Shown: piece after piece, positions 35,930 through 38,166 of the stretch
Layout of the letters: each line of letters begins with the position of its first letter
How positions within the stretch are numbered: position 1 is the first letter of the stretch
DNA from: Nemertoderma westbladi
Lineage: Eukaryota; Animalia; Xenacoelomorpha
Length of the DNA stretch: 38,166 nucleotides
Assembly (NCBI GenBank): GCA_032718475.1
Contig: JAUCBJ010005446.1
Location: 1 to 38,166, forward strand
Direction: 5' to 3'
Notes under the pieces: model-generated
What the model saw: the letters and a program-made list of their open reading frames with translations, nothing else
Database searches by the model: none
What the model was told of the DNA's origin: nothing
Translations under genes and position numbers: made by a program

Positions 35930-36639
35930 CCGTTATGGGGTAAAGTTATGTAATGACGGTGCAATTCTGCAATATGTAAATTGTATATGTATGACGGTGC
36001 AATAATTATAATTATCAATAAAACTACTTACTAACTACCATTGACGAACACCGTTCGTTCACTTAATTCAGATGGGACTGGTTATATCCCTGTTTCCGCT
36101 CAAATTGTATTCTCGGTGGACTTTCATACCTGTTGCTACACCGCCGCCCGGTGCAAAACATGGCTACACCCGACCTTCGAGCCAGTTTGCATAACTGTTT
36201 ACTCCAAGTATGTTACCATGACTACAGCCAAGGGATCCTCAAGCGGCAGAGATAGGCGTTCCGCTATTCAGTTATAATATTCTTTCCATTAAACTTTACG
36301 AGCCGAACCGGTGTTTGTTCCGCAATTAATAGCACTGCGCATCCAATGCGACTAGCTAGCTACCACGCTCCACTCAGTTTAGTTAAGGTTTTACTGCTAA
36401 GCCGTCAGTCAACACCAGGGCATATCGCCCCTCTGATTGCTCTTCACTACATAACAAGGGTGTGGCTAGTGGTTGGAGCATTATTTCAGATTTATACCAG
36501 AACTGAATCTATCTAAATTTTGTTATCTCTGTGTTTGACGGAAATACATATTATAAATAAATATTATTAATATTTAAAACTGGCAAACTTAGTACACATT
36601 AATTGACCCCCCCCCCCTCACAAATTTTTCTACAAATCT

Positions 36640-38166
36640 TAATTCGATTGCATGAAATTTGAATCAGAGATAGTTTCACTCAACTCCTCCTGGATGGGTG
36701 AGCCACAATTTTTATATTTGCTTTCATTCTTTAGCTACAAGCATTTTAAAAAGGTGTCTCCGGTGATATTTCACCAGTTACACCGCAGTTATTCTTTAAT
36801 CTTTGTAGTGGTTTGTTGGTACCAATAGAAAGCTGACCTTGCAAGGATTCCAAATTATGTTAAAATATTTAACCTTGGTTGGAAAATAGATGAGATATGA
36901 GCGTTCAAAAGTTGCATGTATTTGCTTCCTCTAAAGGTCAATTATTATATTTAATAGAAATATCATATTCTGGAACATTTTGTTAATGTATGAATAGTTA
37001 CGTAATAGTATAATTAAAGAGGTATTGCATTGTTGCCCAGCTACGTATTAGGATAAACTAAATGTTCCAGAATATGGTACATTTATTAAACGCCACTAAT
37101 AGAATGCCACCCCAAATTAGATGATTTAACACCAAAATTAATTACTTTGCAACAAATATATTTTTTTGTAGCACCAATTCACACCCCCCCCCCCCCCCCA
37201 AAAAAAAACAATTATTCATCCCCCAAAAACAATTATTCATCCCCCAAAAACAATTATTCATCCCCCAAAAACAATTATTCATCCCCCAAAAACAATTATT
37301 CTACCCCCAAAAACAGTTATTGATTCCTCAAAAACAATTATTCATCCCCCAAAAACAATTTTTCATCACCCCAAAACAATTATTCTACTCCCAAAAACAA
37401 TTATTGATTCCTCAAAAACAATTATTCATCCCCCAAAAATAATTACTTGTTAACCAAAAAAAATTATTCCAGCACCAAATATTTTATATAACCTACGCTT
37501 TGTTCAGTTGCCATGCTCCAAGTATTCGTACCGATAGGCCTATTGCCTATCTATTATTGCCTATGGCCTATTACTTATTATGTTATAAGTTTCAGTATTA
37601 CGGCAGTACTGAAGTTTTTGTCTAACTTCCAGGAAGTGCTAGACCTATTGCTGCAGTAGTATTTATTTTGGGGGATTATGTATTTATTTTTGGCGAAAAT
37701 TTATTTGTTTTGGTAAAATTTGTAATTATTTTGTGAGTTTTGTCATTTATTTTGGTGCTAATAATTGGTTTTGGTGTTGAATAATTGTTTTTGGTGTTGA
37801 ATAATTTTTGTTGGGGTCACATTATTTAATTTTGTGTAAAATAATTTTTTTGGTGTATTTTTCATCAATTTTGGGATGACTTTAATTGGTAGCCTTTATT
37901 AAATAGAATTAATTCGCCAGCAGGGGAAGCAAATACATGCAACTTTCGAATGCCCATAGCCATAACTCAGCTATTTCCCAAATAAATTCAAATATTTTAA
38001 CATATTTGGAATCCTTGCATGGGCAGCTTTCTACTGTAATGGTTCACGATAAGGTTGAAGAATGATTACACTGTGACCTGTGAAATATCGCCGAATACAC
38101 CTTTTTCAAACACTTGTAGTTAAGGATAGAAATCAAAAATAAAAATTCTGGCTCACCCACGGAGGA
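36640..38166. repeat. Inverted pair of a dispersed repeat (~36680-36931 vs ~37921-38166) enclosing a foldback-like element with a 21-bp array (37205-37450)
   Basis: Shared blocks GGGTGAGCCA, TAGAAAGCTG..TGCAAGGATTCCAAAT and AAGTTGCATGTATTTGCTTCC in opposite orientation; CAATTATTCATCCCCCAAAAA repeats with an inverted counterpart near 37660-37860; related pieces at ~34570-34700, ~29610-29670 and ~30600-30690. Confidence 0.7.

Overview
AT-rich, intron-containing eukaryotic (animal-like, probably invertebrate) genomic DNA. It holds two host genes in convergent orientation: a complete 9-exon aromatic L-amino acid decarboxylase (Ddc/AADC-like, + strand, ~16724/16991-23386) and the last four exons of propionyl-CoA carboxylase alpha (PCCA, - strand, 26818-34399, 5' part outside the window). 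Most of the rest is repetitive: a 71-bp satellite, a ~5 kb G-rich satellite, a 68-bp minisatellite, a 31/44-bp intronic satellite, decayed RTE-clade LINE pieces, MITEs and SINEs. A 10.8 kb segment (4149-14956) is bounded by terminal inverted repeats and a 9-bp target-site duplication. The most notable signal is two minimal type I hammerhead ribozymes, each fused to a tRNA-type RNA polymerase III promoter in a different layout. One lies directly 3' of a tRNA-Gly-like head (11341-11445, +). The other sits between the A and B boxes, where the anticodon arm would be (28162-28260, -), in the sense orientation within a PCCA intron. All calls are by-eye readings; no searches were run.
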